Virus record (IMG/VR): IMGVR_UViG_3300008954_000002
Coordinates: 32,001 to 96,000 of that record
Length of the DNA: 64,000 nt
Strand: one strand, 5' to 3'
Source: a virus
Shown here in pieces: positions 18,973 to 29,612 of this stretch (position 1 is its first letter; the number at the start of each line of letters is the position of its first letter). A program made the translations under genes and the position numbers. The notes beneath the pieces were generated by a model. That model had not been told where the DNA came from, searched no databases, and worked only from the letters and a program-made list of their open reading frames with translations.

Positions 18973-19851
18973 ATGATAGAGCTCTGTAGAATAATAGATG
19001 TTCAAATAGAAGACAAACAGATCAATACTATATATGATAAGTCACAGATAAGAGCACCTATATCTCTACCTCAAGTTCCTATAAATACTTATATGATCTT
19101 AAGATCCTCTATAAACCCACAAAAAACCGCTCTAGCTAGACTGCAAGATAGAAATACCATTGTATTGGTTAATACCAAACATGGACATAAACTATGCAGT
19201 GTTAAGCCTAAAGATGCTAAACAAACTACTTTAATAGACTCTTTTGTCAATGAAGACATACTTATATCTTGCGCAATAGGACCTGCAGGTACAGGAAAAA
19301 CCTACCTTGCAATGGCCTACGCTATGGACAAGTATCTCAGTGAGAATAAATGTGTTTATATGACAAAGCCTACTACTCTAATAGGTAGAGGCAAAGCTTT
19401 TGGGCCAGTACCAGGAGATATTAAAGAAAAATACTCTCCTCATATTGCTTCATATAAGATAGTATTGAAAAAACTTTTAGGAGAAACTTCTGCAAATTAC
19501 ATCGATCTCTTAGAAGAAAAAAAAGCGATTGAGTATGTTCCTCTAGAATATGTACGAGGATGTACATTCGAGAACTGTACTTTTATATTAGATGAAGTAC
19601 AAAACTTGAACTGGCATGAACTTAAGTCACTAGCTTCTAGAATGGGCGAGAATACTAAGCTTATATTACTAGGCGATCCAGAACAAATCGATACCCGTCA
19701 AAATGTAGCAGACTCAGGTATTGCTAGTATGCTTTACTCTAAAAGCTATCAAGACTCTAAGCTTACTAGTTGTATATATTTAGAACAACAATATCGTGGA
19801 CCAATTCCACAAATAATTACATCTATAGATAGAGAACTTAATTTAAAATAA
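18973..19851 (+). CDS. phoH: PhoH-family ATPase
   Basis: GPAGTGKT; G.VPGDI.EK; YVRGCTF; LDEVQN; SRMGE.TK...GD.EQID. Confidence 0.92.
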   Translation: MIELCRIIDVQIEDKQINTIYDKSQIRAPISLPQVPINTYMILRSSINPQKTALARLQDRNTIVLVNTKHGHKLCSVKPKDAKQTTLIDSFVNEDILISCAIGPAGTGKTYLAMAYAMDKYLSENKCVYMTKPTTLIGRGKAFGPVPGDIKEKYSPHIASYKIVLKKLLGETSANYIDLLEEKKAIEYVPLEYVRGCTFENCTFILDEVQNLNWHELKSLASRMGENTKLILLGDPEQIDTRQNVADSGIASMLYSKSYQDSKLTSCIYLEQQYRGPIPQIITSIDRELNLK

Positions 19852-20144
19852 CTTTCACCGAATATGATTACTTCTAATCAATCTATACATACAAATATAA
19901 AACTCCTCTTAGAGCCTCTAGATATAAATGAGCAAGTAGAAATACTCGCTAACTTATTTATAGATTTAGGCGTTAGACACCTTCCTATACAAAGCTCCCC
20001 TCAAGAGATTACTAAACATGATATTATTAAAATAATACTAGATGACGTAAAAACTTGTGGAGATACGATACCCAACTCCTTAGTAAGGCAAGGATTAGTA
20101 CTACTAAGTTGGCTTGAGGATATTGACCTAAAAAAGAAAAAGAT

Positions 20145-20597
20145 ATGAAGCAACACCCTGGACAATTTACCATATATAAGAAACTGGGAGCAGCTCAGTT
20201 TACACTAATAAATCCCACAAGATCAGACGAAACAGGTAGAATAGAAAGAGATGGCGCTATTCTACTAGACGCAGCAAGTAGTGCTGGAGATAAGCATTAT
20301 AGTTGGAGCTCCAAGATTAACTTTGCTTTTGGAGTCTCAGACATATGCAGAATCTTCGATAATCCAGATAAGCCACCACGACTAGTTCATTCTCCCCCTG
20401 GGTCTACAATTATTAAGAGCCTCGACTTAGTACCAGGCAGTGGAAAGTATGTAGGAACCTATATGCTTAACCTACAAGAGAAGAATAAAGAAACAGATCA
20501 AACCAAAAGTGTCTCAGTACCTATCTCAGGTGGAGAGTACACAGTACTCCTAAGACTTTTGATGACTGCTACACCATTATTGATTGGGTGGGAGTAA
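20145..20597 (+). CDS. Whirly-family ssDNA-binding protein
   Basis: IYKKLGAA, DGAILL.AA.S.G..HYSWS.K..F, C-terminal VPISGGEYTVL......PLLIGW follow the plant Whirly pattern as recalled. Confidence 0.75.
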   Translation: MKQHPGQFTIYKKLGAAQFTLINPTRSDETGRIERDGAILLDAASSAGDKHYSWSSKINFAFGVSDICRIFDNPDKPPRLVHSPPGSTIIKSLDLVPGSGKYVGTYMLNLQEKNKETDQTKSVSVPISGGEYTVLLRLLMTATPLLIGWE

Positions 20598-21026
20598 TAT
20601 GAAGTGGAATATTAAAACCAGCACAGAACCTCTCTCTCTTACAAGAGAGCAGCTATTAGATATGCTTATGAGTAAAGTAATAAGCTCTACTAAACCAGAA
20701 TTTACAACACTTGTCTCATCCTTTAATAACTTTCTCCAAAGTAAAAAGACTATGAGTACATGTAATATAGATCAGCTTATGACTATGGGGTTCACAGTTG
20801 GCTATTATTACAGAGTATTCCTAGAGAAAAATAATGTAGAGATAATAGGAGAAGAATTAGATGATAATGTGGTTGAAAGCTCTGACAACAGCACCAACAA
20901 TCAAAACCCTATTTTATGATATAGCGGATTACGTTCTCGATCAGATAGCAGAAGTCGCTGCTACGCATATATTAGAGTTACGTAAACAAAATACTAATAA
21001 CATACTAAAATTTAGAGAAAACAATA

Positions 21027-21383
21027 ATGTTCAGTTACACAGTACAAGTACGCACAATAAAGAATCCAAGAACGAAAGTAGTTGCCTTCGCCTCGTTACT
21101 GATTAATGATGTACTATCTTTAGAAGGCTTTAGAATCATCGATGGTGCAAAAGGCCTTTTTGTTTCAGCTCCTTCACACAAAGGGAAGAACAAAGAAGGC
21201 GAAGATACTTGGTATGATGACGTTAGATTTGTAGGAGATGATGCAGAAGCAGTTAAGGAAGAGATTTATAAATCTGTTCTACAAGCTTATACAGATACTA
21301 GTACATCTAGAGAATCTGCTGCAGAAGCTCAAGCATCTGTAAACGATACTGAGAGCTCAATGACTCGTCGCCCCCTCTGGTAA
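21027..21383 (+). CDS. spoVG: SpoVG-family nucleic-acid-binding protein
   Basis: VAFASLLIND.L.L.G.RIIDG.KGLFVS.PS.K....W.D. Confidence 0.85.
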   Translation: MFSYTVQVRTIKNPRTKVVAFASLLINDVLSLEGFRIIDGAKGLFVSAPSHKGKNKEGEDTWYDDVRFVGDDAEAVKEEIYKSVLQAYTDTSTSRESAAEAQASVNDTESSMTRRPLW

Positions 21384-21394
21384 CTCCCAATTTA

Positions 21395-21430
21395 AACCCC
21401 TCCACTTGTAAGGGGTGGAGGGGTTATCTT
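21395..21430 (+). terminator. Hairpin, probable terminator after spoVG
   Basis: 11-bp inverted repeat AACCCCTCCAC/GTGGAGGGGTT followed by ATCTT. Confidence 0.55.
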
Positions 21431-21739
21431 ATGGATAAGATATGTTAAAAAACATTGATATAGCTATTGCATGGACTCAACAAGAAAGAGCCTCTTGCAG
21501 AAACTTTAAAACTGCAAATGGTAGAGCTTGGTCCTATAACCTTCTAGTAGCTAGATGGACCAAAGATGGAACCATGATTATTTACGACTATACAAATAGT
21601 GCTAATAATTTTGTAAGTCATTCTACTACTAGACATATAACAGCTTTAGTAGAAGCCGCTTATAAACATGCTCCAGCAGCAGCACCATTAGTTATTACTC
21701 CACGCGTACCTCGTCAACCTCATCAATCAAAGAGAACTC

Positions 21740-22315
21740 ATGATAGACGCAGCGGAAAACAGCAAACCAATAGAAAACACTAAAGCTGAAATTGAAATTG
21801 AAGTTTCTACAGATACTTTAGTTGCAGTAGTAGAGGAAGGTGCTCAAATATATTCAGAGATAACCGCCTCGTTTATATCTACATTTGTTTTCTATGATAA
21901 AACTCTTTACCAATGGGCAAATGAAATGATGATCCATATTCCAGAGAATATGGACGAAAATCAGTTTAGAAGCACATTAGTAACATTAGCTAATAACTTA
22001 CAAATAGCTCAGAACTATTTCTCAGTAGCATCCTCCATGGCTGACGCCATATCCGGGGGGGGCTCAATAAAGCGTTCTGATGTTATATCAGCTATTGTAT
22101 ATTCTTATGCGAAATCAGGAGCTAGAAGACCAGCAGCCACAGTTATAGAAAAAATGGCAGATAGCTATATGTCTTCAACTGTTTCAGCAAGGGTTGCAGC
22201 TCAAATAGTTAAAAACTTTTGGAAACAAAGAACTGATACCTTGTTGGAACTTAGAAAGATTTTAGAACAAATTGGTATGAGCCTTCATGTAGAAATGAAG
22301 TGGACAAACCAATAA
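21740..22315 (+). CDS. Hypothetical helical protein
   Basis: 191-aa ORF in an operon-like run; no motif recognised. Confidence 0.5.
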   Translation: MIDAAENSKPIENTKAEIEIEVSTDTLVAVVEEGAQIYSEITASFISTFVFYDKTLYQWANEMMIHIPENMDENQFRSTLVTLANNLQIAQNYFSVASSMADAISGGGSIKRSDVISAIVYSYAKSGARRPAATVIEKMADSYMSSTVSARVAAQIVKNFWKQRTDTLLELRKILEQIGMSLHVEMKWTNQ

Positions 22316-23150
22316 TTTACTCTCACCTGATAAGACTTTATAAAGCTTATCCTATTAAAGGAGCCAATCATGATTGATGGCACAATCCTCGGTATTCTTA
22401 CCTGGTTCAGTATGATGTTTTCATATAGACACTTTCCTATTTGGATTAGAAACTATATGCTTAGACATCCAGTAATGACAGATGTAATTGCTACATCGAT
22501 CTGCTTCTTCTTTCTCTGCAGTATCTCAAGCAGTCTGACTGCAGTAGCAGCATCTGTCGTTTGTGGTCTACTAGTTAATATGACACTTGTCATTGCCATT
22601 CAAATTGGAGAATTTAATGCCAGAACAAAACTTGTGGCAGACTCTATCAGAGGAAAACAAACAGCAACTTGCTAAATTAGTATTAGATGATATCTGTACT
22701 GAAACCTTTTCTCTTTTATGTGATGATGAACCACAAATATTCGTAGAACTATTAGATCAAGTACTTTTAAAGAGTGAGGCCTCCTGTTCAAGGAGGCTTC
22801 TCTCTTTTTTACTAAGTGCTTCAGATCTAAATATGCACCTAACTGGTCTCTTATCAATCATTAACGAAGAAGCCTTATATAATGATATACAAGGAGAAAC
22901 AGAATAATTACTACTTTTATAGTATTTATTCTAAAATTAAAACAATACGATCATATTATTATGATAAAGTACTTATTCTAACAAAAGAAGGAATATCACT
23001 CTTAACAAGAGTGGTGTTGCTTCTTTTTATAATTCTATTGTTGAGCAATCTCTGCATAGTGCTTTTTTTATATAAGCTCAGCAACAAACTGTCTAACAAG
23101 CAGTCACAATCTATTATTATAGATACAACAGAAACCTTATAGGACACTAA

Positions 23151-26100
23151 ATGTTTTTATCAGAAGAGTATGATGGTCGTAAGATCCGTACCTTTAGTTT
23201 GAGTGACTCCTTTATAGAGCAATTTGTAGGGAAGCAACCTAACTGGGGTCCCGTAGGCCAGTTTACATTTAAAAGAACATACTCAAGACCTACTTGTGAA
23301 TGTGAAGACCCAAACACCTGCAGCCACCCCTCAGAAGAGTACTGGGAGACCTGTAAGCGTGTAGTAGAAGGCATCTATACAATACAAAAGCAACACTGTA
23401 AGACACTTCTTTTACCTTGGGACGATAGAAGAGCACAGCGCTCAGCCCAAGAGATGTTTACTCGTATATGGGAGTTTAAGTTTACTCCTTCTGGCCGTGG
23501 CTTTTGGATGATGGGAACAGATCTCATTTACAAGAAAGGATCTGCTGCACTAAACTCATGTGCATTTGTTACTACTGAAAACCTCAATATAGATTTTGCT
23601 GCCCCATTCTGCTTCCTCATGGATATGTCTATGCTGGGAGTAGGCGTAGGAACTGATACAAGAGGAGCCGGTACAGTTAAGCTATGTATGCCTCGCTATA
23701 CAGATGAGCCCCACATTGTAGAGGATTCTAGAGAAGGTTGGGCACAAATAGTTAGCAGAGTTCTAAACTCCTTTGTAGGTAAAGGAACCTATCCTACAAA
23801 TATAGATTACTCTCAAGTAAGACCTAGAGGTACGCCAATTAGAACATTTGGTGGAGTAGCATCAGGACCAGATCCTCTAATTAAACTTATAGACAATCTA
23901 ACTAAGCTATTAACACCAACAAATGATGAGCCTATACCAATTACCTCAACACATATAACAGATATATTTAACTATATAGGCAAATGTGTTGTCTCAGGTG
24001 GAGTTAGGCGATGCTTACCAGCAGGAACCCTTATACATACTTCAGAAGGACTTGTTCCCATTGAAAATGTAAAAGCTGGAATGGCAGCACTTACTTCAAA
24101 CGGTATGAGCAAAATAACAGATTGGTTTCAGCAAGGTATACAACCTATCAGTCAGATTACAACACAAATGGGAACATTTGAATGCACTGACAAGCATCAA
24201 GTTGCTGTAATCTCAGACATAAGTGGTGGCTACAAGTGGAAAACAGCCAATGAGCTTGAGCCTGGAGACCGTATGGTGTTCGTGGATCGTGTTCTTGAGG
24301 GGCAAGCCACTAAGCTACCTTCGTATAATTATATCCGTCCTAAACACTCAATAATATGTAAAGACATTGCTATTCCAGATCTCAGCACTGAAATGAGCTG
24401 GTTCTTAGGACTTTTACATGGAGATGGATACAAGACCTCAGACAAGGGCTATGTTTCTATAGCTATTGCTGTAGGTCAAGAGGCAATTCTTAATCGAGCA
24501 AGAAAAGTGTTTGAATCTTTTGGAGTCAATACAGGAACGATTGAGCCAAAGGAATCAGATCAATGCTATAAGCTTAGTGTCTCATCCAAACAGCTTGCCG
24601 ACTACCTGTCTCGATTCAAGAAGCCTAAAATATCAATTGATATTCCAGAATGTATTCTTCAAGGCGATCCTAGGATCCGTGCCAGCTATGTTGCTGGACT
24701 TTTTGACGCCGATGGCTCATCAAGAAGTCGTCCCTTGGTCGCTGCAACAAGTGTATATCCTAACTATCTTAAGCAAGTGCAAGCAGTACTAGCATCTCTT
24801 GGTATTCCTTCTCAGCTTAACCTTAACAAGGATAAAGCACGACTACTTAAGGGATGGCAACCTATCCATAGCCTTACAATTGTGGGCGAAAAAGCTATCC
24901 TGCGCTGGGAGCAGCGAGTTGCCACTTATGCCTCTAAATATGAAAACAAGAATAAGACTCGTCGCTCACAAAACGACTATGGGTTTCCCACTGCTATGGC
25001 AGCAGAATGTGGCATTACAGGATACAAAGATGGAAAATCAGTTTGGAGCCAACAAAATCGTCAGATTACTGTCTCTCACCTTGAGATGATAACAAAAAAA
25101 GACATTCATCTTGTACCAGTTGAAGTGCTTAAAATAGAACACGATGTACGAGAGGATATAACTTATGATATCACAGTAGAAGCACATGAGTTTGTTGCTC
25201 AAGATGGATACTTAGTTCATAACTCAGCCGAAATAGTCTTTGGGACTCCAGATGACACCGAGTTTCTTGCTTTGAAGCAAGATAAAGAAGCTCTACAGGA
25301 CAGAAGATGGGCCTCGAATAATAGTATCTTTGCTGAAATAGGTATGGATTACACACACATAGCTGATTCTATTGCTATTAATGGAGAGCCAGGACTAGCA
25401 TGGCTAGAGAACATTCGCCATTACGGTAGACTAGCAGATGCATACAATGGTAAAGATCTCCGCGCCATGGGATGCAATCCTTGCTTTACAGGAGATACAC
25501 TAATAGCAGTAGCTGATGGACGAAATGCTATATCTATTAAACAATTAGTAGATGAAGCCAATGATATACCTGTCTATTCTATTAATCTTGAGGGCCAAGT
25601 AGAGATTAAGATGGGCCGCAACCCACGATTAACTCGTGAGTCAGCTCAAATACTCGAAATAACTCTTGATGATGATTCTACATTACGAGTAACACCTGAC
25701 CACAAGATGGTTCTGCTAGATGGTACTCGTTGTGAAGCTCAAGATCTTAAAGCTGGAGATAGTCTTCCAAGGTTCTCAAAGAGACAGGAAGTAGCCAAGA
25801 AAGACGGCAACAAGTATTGGCAGATAATAACAAATACTAGAAATCCACAAAGTAAGGGCAGCAGAGTATCTGAGCAAGAGCTAGTAGCTAGGTTTAACGA
25901 AGAAGAGAAAACTGACTTAAATACAGTTTGGATAGGCAATAGGCTACATGCCATTCGGAATTGTGAAATCTGTTCTGAAGAATTTATTACTACCTGGACA
26001 AGGAGAGGCCGCAGTTACTGCTCACACTCTTGTAGAAACAAAAGTGTAGAAGGCATTGCCGCTCGCACAGCAGGACAGGAGATGGTCTTTGAAGATAAAC

Positions 26101-27332
26101 AGCGCCAAACTCTTCACTTACAGATACAGAAGTATAAAGAATTACAAGAAAACTTAAGTAGAGAGCCTTGGAAAACAGAATGGGAAGCAGCATGTAGAGC
26201 TGATCAAATACCTGTTAGATTTAGAACTAAAGGAACAACAGATAATCTACATACTCTCCGTGGATTTAGACATCTTAAAGAAGTAGCTGCTGAGTATAAT
26301 CACAGAGTTAAATCTATTAGGCTGCTAGATGTACAAGAGCCTGTTTACAACCTATCTGTAGATGATAATCATACAGTAGGACTAGTTACAAACAATAGCA
26401 ATAGCAAGTACTTAGGAATTTATACAGCACAATGTAGCGAACAATCCTTGGAGGACCAAGAAACCTGCAATTTGGTAGAAACTTTTCCAGCCAAGCATGA
26501 CAGCTTTGAAGACTATAAACGAACACTTAAGTTCGCTTATCTATATGCAAAGACTGTTACTTTAATACCTACTCATAACCCTAAAACTAATGCAGTCATG
26601 ATGAGAAATAGAAGAATTGGTTGCTCTATGAGTGGTATCGCTCAAGCCATACAGAAACTAGGTAGAAGAGAGTTTCTCAATTGGTGTGATAATGGATATA
26701 AATATATCCAAGACTTAGATCAAATATATAGTGAGTGGCTATGCATACCTAAGAGTATTAAAATGACTAGTGTTAAGCCTAGTGGAAGTGTGTCTTTATT
26801 GAACAATAGTACGCCTGGGATCCATTATCCTCATAGTGAATATTACATCAGAAATATACGCGTACAAAATACATCACCATTATTAAAAGCTTGTGTAGAT
26901 GCTGGATATACTGTAGAGCTAGACGTTTATTCGGATGATACATCAGTTGTTTCTTTTCCTGTACAAGAGGAACATTTTATAAAGTCAAAGTTTGATGTTA
27001 GTGTCTGGGAGCAGTTTATGAATGCCGCCGATATGCAATATTGGTGGGCTGACAATCAAGTATCTATTACTATTAGCTTTAAGGAATCTGAGAGACATGA
27101 GATAGCAAATTGTCTTGAGACCTTTGAGACAAGACTAAAGTCAGTATCGTTACTACCCTTAGAAAACAGTAAGCATGGATATGTCCAAGCACCATACATA
27201 GAGATAACAAAAGAGCAATATATAGAAATGACTTCCAAGCTAAAACACTTAGATTTATCTGGTGCAGTTCATGAAGCTGATGACAAGTTTTGCGATGGTG
27301 ATACATGTACAATTGGTCCTAGAGAACTATGA
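23151..27332 (+). CDS. nrdJ: Class II (B12-dependent, RTPR-type) ribonucleotide reductase with two inteins
   Basis: RTYSR, PSGRGFW, NSCAF, VVSGGVRR|SAEI, GCNP|CSEQ, TCNLVE, TSVKPSGSVS, C-terminal FCDGDTC. Confidence 0.95.
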   Translation: MFLSEEYDGRKIRTFSLSDSFIEQFVGKQPNWGPVGQFTFKRTYSRPTCECEDPNTCSHPSEEYWETCKRVVEGIYTIQKQHCKTLLLPWDDRRAQRSAQEMFTRIWEFKFTPSGRGFWMMGTDLIYKKGSAALNSCAFVTTENLNIDFAAPFCFLMDMSMLGVGVGTDTRGAGTVKLCMPRYTDEPHIVEDSREGWAQIVSRVLNSFVGKGTYPTNIDYSQVRPRGTPIRTFGGVASGPDPLIKLIDNLTKLLTPTNDEPIPITSTHITDIFNYIGKCVVSGGVRRCLPAGTLIHTSEGLVPIENVKAGMAALTSNGMSKITDWFQQGIQPISQITTQMGTFECTDKHQVAVISDISGGYKWKTANELEPGDRMVFVDRVLEGQATKLPSYNYIRPKHSIICKDIAIPDLSTEMSWFLGLLHGDGYKTSDKGYVSIAIAVGQEAILNRARKVFESFGVNTGTIEPKESDQCYKLSVSSKQLADYLSRFKKPKISIDIPECILQGDPRIRASYVAGLFDADGSSRSRPLVAATSVYPNYLKQVQAVLASLGIPSQLNLNKDKARLLKGWQPIHSLTIVGEKAILRWEQRVATYASKYENKNKTRRSQNDYGFPTAMAAECGITGYKDGKSVWSQQNRQITVSHLEMITKKDIHLVPVEVLKIEHDVREDITYDITVEAHEFVAQDGYLVHNSAEIVFGTPDDTEFLALKQDKEALQDRRWASNNSIFAEIGMDYTHIADSIAINGEPGLAWLENIRHYGRLADAYNGKDLRAMGCNPCFTGDTLIAVADGRNAISIKQLVDEANDIPVYSINLEGQVEIKMGRNPRLTRESAQILEITLDDDSTLRVTPDHKMVLLDGTRCEAQDLKAGDSLPRFSKRQEVAKKDGNKYWQIITNTRNPQSKGSRVSEQELVARFNEEEKTDLNTVWIGNRLHAIRNCEICSEEFITTWTRRGRSYCSHSCRNKSVEGIAARTAGQEMVFEDKQRQTLHLQIQKYKELQENLSREPWKTEWEAACRADQIPVRFRTKGTTDNLHTLRGFRHLKEVAAEYNHRVKSIRLLDVQEPVYNLSVDDNHTVGLVTNNSNSKYLGIYTAQCSEQSLEDQETCNLVETFPAKHDSFEDYKRTLKFAYLYAKTVTLIPTHNPKTNAVMMRNRRIGCSMSGIAQAIQKLGRREFLNWCDNGYKYIQDLDQIYSEWLCIPKSIKMTSVKPSGSVSLLNNSTPGIHYPHSEYYIRNIRVQNTSPLLKACVDAGYTVELDVYSDDTSVVSFPVQEEHFIKSKFDVSVWEQFMNAADMQYWWADNQVSITISFKESERHEIANCLETFETRLKSVSLLPLENSKHGYVQAPYIEITKEQYIEMTSKLKHLDLSGAVHEADDKFCDGDTCTIGPREL
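24012..25223 (+). mobile_element. NrdJ intein 1 (404 aa) with LAGLIDADG homing endonuclease
   Basis: Starts CLPAGT after GGVRR; internal LGLLHGDG and VAGLFDADG; ends LVHN before Ser+1. Confidence 0.95.
25482..26432 (+). mobile_element. NrdJ intein 2 (317 aa), Gln-terminated, at the catalytic Cys
   Basis: Starts CFTGDT after GCNP; block B TPDH; block F VYNLSVDDNHT; ends YTAQ before Cys+1 (CSEQ). Confidence 0.9.
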
Positions 27333-27913
27333 ATATAGCAGATCCAAAAGACTACAATGTTCTCTTAAATGCCATATTGCGACAAGCTATGGATGATTAT
27401 GTAAAGCTTCAGCACCCTAAGCTGCGTAGAAAGAAATATTTACAAGAGGCATTTGATAATGCCGTAGATATGTTCTTCGACTCTGATTATCGTCTACTAT
27501 ATGTATCAGACGATGATGGAAGCTTTATGTCACTACCAGAGCTGCTTAAAACGCTAATGAACAACAACAATGTAGACATTAGCAAGATGCAAGAGCACCT
27601 CATTTTAGAGGCTCAATCTTTTTGGGAAACCAAGATGGTACATACACTCTATATTCCAGATAGCTTTATATATGATGGGCATGTCTACTCTATAACCGCA
27701 CACAGCGAAGACATTCCAGAGATAGACTTCAAAAGCAAGATAGTTAAGATCAATAAAGACTTCTCCTGCTCAGACAACCAAGAAGCCTTTATGCAGGTAG
27801 CACTTAAAATAATGCTTTATCACGAAGAAATACCTATGCCGCAAGCTAAGATTGATGCTTTGGGCAAAGGTCTCTTTAAGATGATGAGACTTAATGGCTG
27901 CTTTACAGGCTAG
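27329..27913 (+). CDS. Hypothetical protein
   Basis: 194-aa ORF coupled to the nrdJ stop (ATGA overlap). Confidence 0.55.
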   Translation: MNIADPKDYNVLLNAILRQAMDDYVKLQHPKLRRKKYLQEAFDNAVDMFFDSDYRLLYVSDDDGSFMSLPELLKTLMNNNNVDISKMQEHLILEAQSFWETKMVHTLYIPDSFIYDGHVYSITAHSEDIPEIDFKSKIVKINKDFSCSDNQEAFMQVALKIMLYHEEIPMPQAKIDALGKGLFKMMRLNGCFTG

Positions 27914-28330
27914 CTATTTTATTTTATCAAGAACGGCTGGAAGTCCGCTGCTGAGAATAGAGGCATTGTACTCTTTCTCTGCTCGGTGAATAATAAGCGT
28001 ACTACCTACTTCTTCTAAAGCAGCTGCTTCAGGAAGAACCTGGTTAAGATAATCAGGTCCTCTAATGTAATAGAGAGGTTTGAGCTGTCTGATTAGTTCA
28101 GATGGCTCATCCTCTCTAAACATTACTACCTTATGTACGAAAACGTTATTACGTAAAACATAACTTCTATCAGATAGTGGCACTGCAAGCTCTCCATACT
28201 TATTCTGTAAGTATTTATCACTATTGATCCCTACTGTTACTAATCCGTATCTGGATGCAAATTCCAGCAATCTCAAATGACCAGCATGGAGTATATTAAA
28301 ACACCCTGTGCATAACACTTGTGTGCTCAT
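27914..28330 (-). CDS. Cytidylyltransferase-family protein (RfaE/HldE domain II-like)
   Basis: TGCFNILHAGH; VGINSD; KP...RG.DY. Confidence 0.88.
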   Translation of the reverse strand: MSTQVLCTGCFNILHAGHLRLLEFASRYGLVTVGINSDKYLQNKYGELAVPLSDRSYVLRNNVFVHKVVMFREDEPSELIRQLKPLYYIRGPDYLNQVLPEAAALEEVGSTLIIHRAEKEYNASILSSGLPAVLDKIK

Positions 28331-28853
28331 TATGAATCAATCCTTAGAGACATATATCTTAATATCCTCTATTATACTATTGCTTATCCTATTGGGATAC
28401 AAGATACATTCTACAATTAGTATCCTAAAGCGAACCAATCATGGACTGTCTATCGATACTATCTCTTTGATAGCCGAAAACAGACTACTGCATGACAAAC
28501 TTTTTAATCTTGCTGAAAGCAAAGATAAAGCTATTACAGAAGCTCGTAAAGACGCTCTAACACGCTCCCGACACGTAATGAGGGGGCAGGCCACAGAACA
28601 CCTTGCACCGCTACTTCAGAACGACTACAATCCCAAGGATTTTAGGTTCCTAGCTAACCCAATCGACTACATAATCTATGATGGTCTTTCTGACCTCTCA
28701 GATAAGGTTAGAAAAGATATCAACAAGATTGTATTCTTGGATATTAAAACAGGGAGCAGCAACCTAACTACAATTCAAAGACGCATCAGAGACGCAATAC
28801 AAGAAGGTAGAGTTGAGTTTCAAGTATATAATCCAGACAAAGAAGAAGAGTGA
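28308..28853 (+). CDS. Holliday-junction-resolvase-like endonuclease with N-terminal TM segment (start probably 28332)
   Basis: SR.V.RGQ..EHLAP; DFRFL..PIDYI.YDG; FLDIKTG...L...Q..IRD. Confidence 0.75.
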   Translation: MHNTCVLIMNQSLETYILISSIILLLILLGYKIHSTISILKRTNHGLSIDTISLIAENRLLHDKLFNLAESKDKAITEARKDALTRSRHVMRGQATEHLAPLLQNDYNPKDFRFLANPIDYIIYDGLSDLSDKVRKDINKIVFLDIKTGSSNLTTIQRRIRDAIQEGRVEFQVYNPDKEEE

Positions 28854-28960
28854 ACCAACTCAGATGCAAGGGTTGCTATTGCGTAACCGCTTGCACCTGA
28901 TACAAATAAGAAGTTCTAATATGGCTTATCACTTATGTGATTTAACAATAGGAGTTTCTC

Positions 28961-29326
28961 ATGGACAATGAGCAACCTGAACAAAGTGCTAATGACCTGC
29001 TACCAAAAAGACCCTCTAAGCTTGCGCCACAAGGCATTGATACATTTACAGTATGCAGAGTCCTTGATGAGACAGGCATATCGGGAGAAGGTGTTGTAAT
29101 TGAAGGCGTTATTCTTGCTACTGGACAGTGCATTGTACATTGGCTATACCCACCGCCAAGAGGAGGTATAGCTGTATTTGATTCTATGGAAGACTTTTTA
29201 AAAGTACATGTAATACCACATCCTAAGAATAGGACAATTATTACCTTTGCAGATGGTGAGCAGAAGACCTATCCGCCCCCTCCTGTCCCTCCCGAAGAGG
29301 AGGAAGAAAATGAAGATCAATCATGA
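28961..29326 (+). CDS. Phage hypothetical protein
   Basis: AGGAG SD; DETGISGEGVVIEG segment; function unknown. Confidence 0.55.
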   Translation: MDNEQPEQSANDLLPKRPSKLAPQGIDTFTVCRVLDETGISGEGVVIEGVILATGQCIVHWLYPPPRGGIAVFDSMEDFLKVHVIPHPKNRTIITFADGEQKTYPPPPVPPEEEEENEDQS

Positions 29327-29612
29327 GTATGTGTACGAGGTACTAGTTAGGAACTGGCGCATATCTTGGTGGAAATCGCATAAAATATCTGATTATCTGC
29401 AGATTTCCCTGTACTATGATTGGAAAGAAGTTCTTCATGTACCAACTCAACTGTCAATAGAAGCATCGAAAGCTGATCTTCTATCACTTAGCAATCAGCT
29501 TATAGCTGAACTAACCATTCCAGACGAGCTTGATAGGTCACTTATCCAGCAAAAAATAAATCAAGGGATAGCTTTTACTGAGCTATAGCCCAACTATACA
29601 AAAGGAACATAT

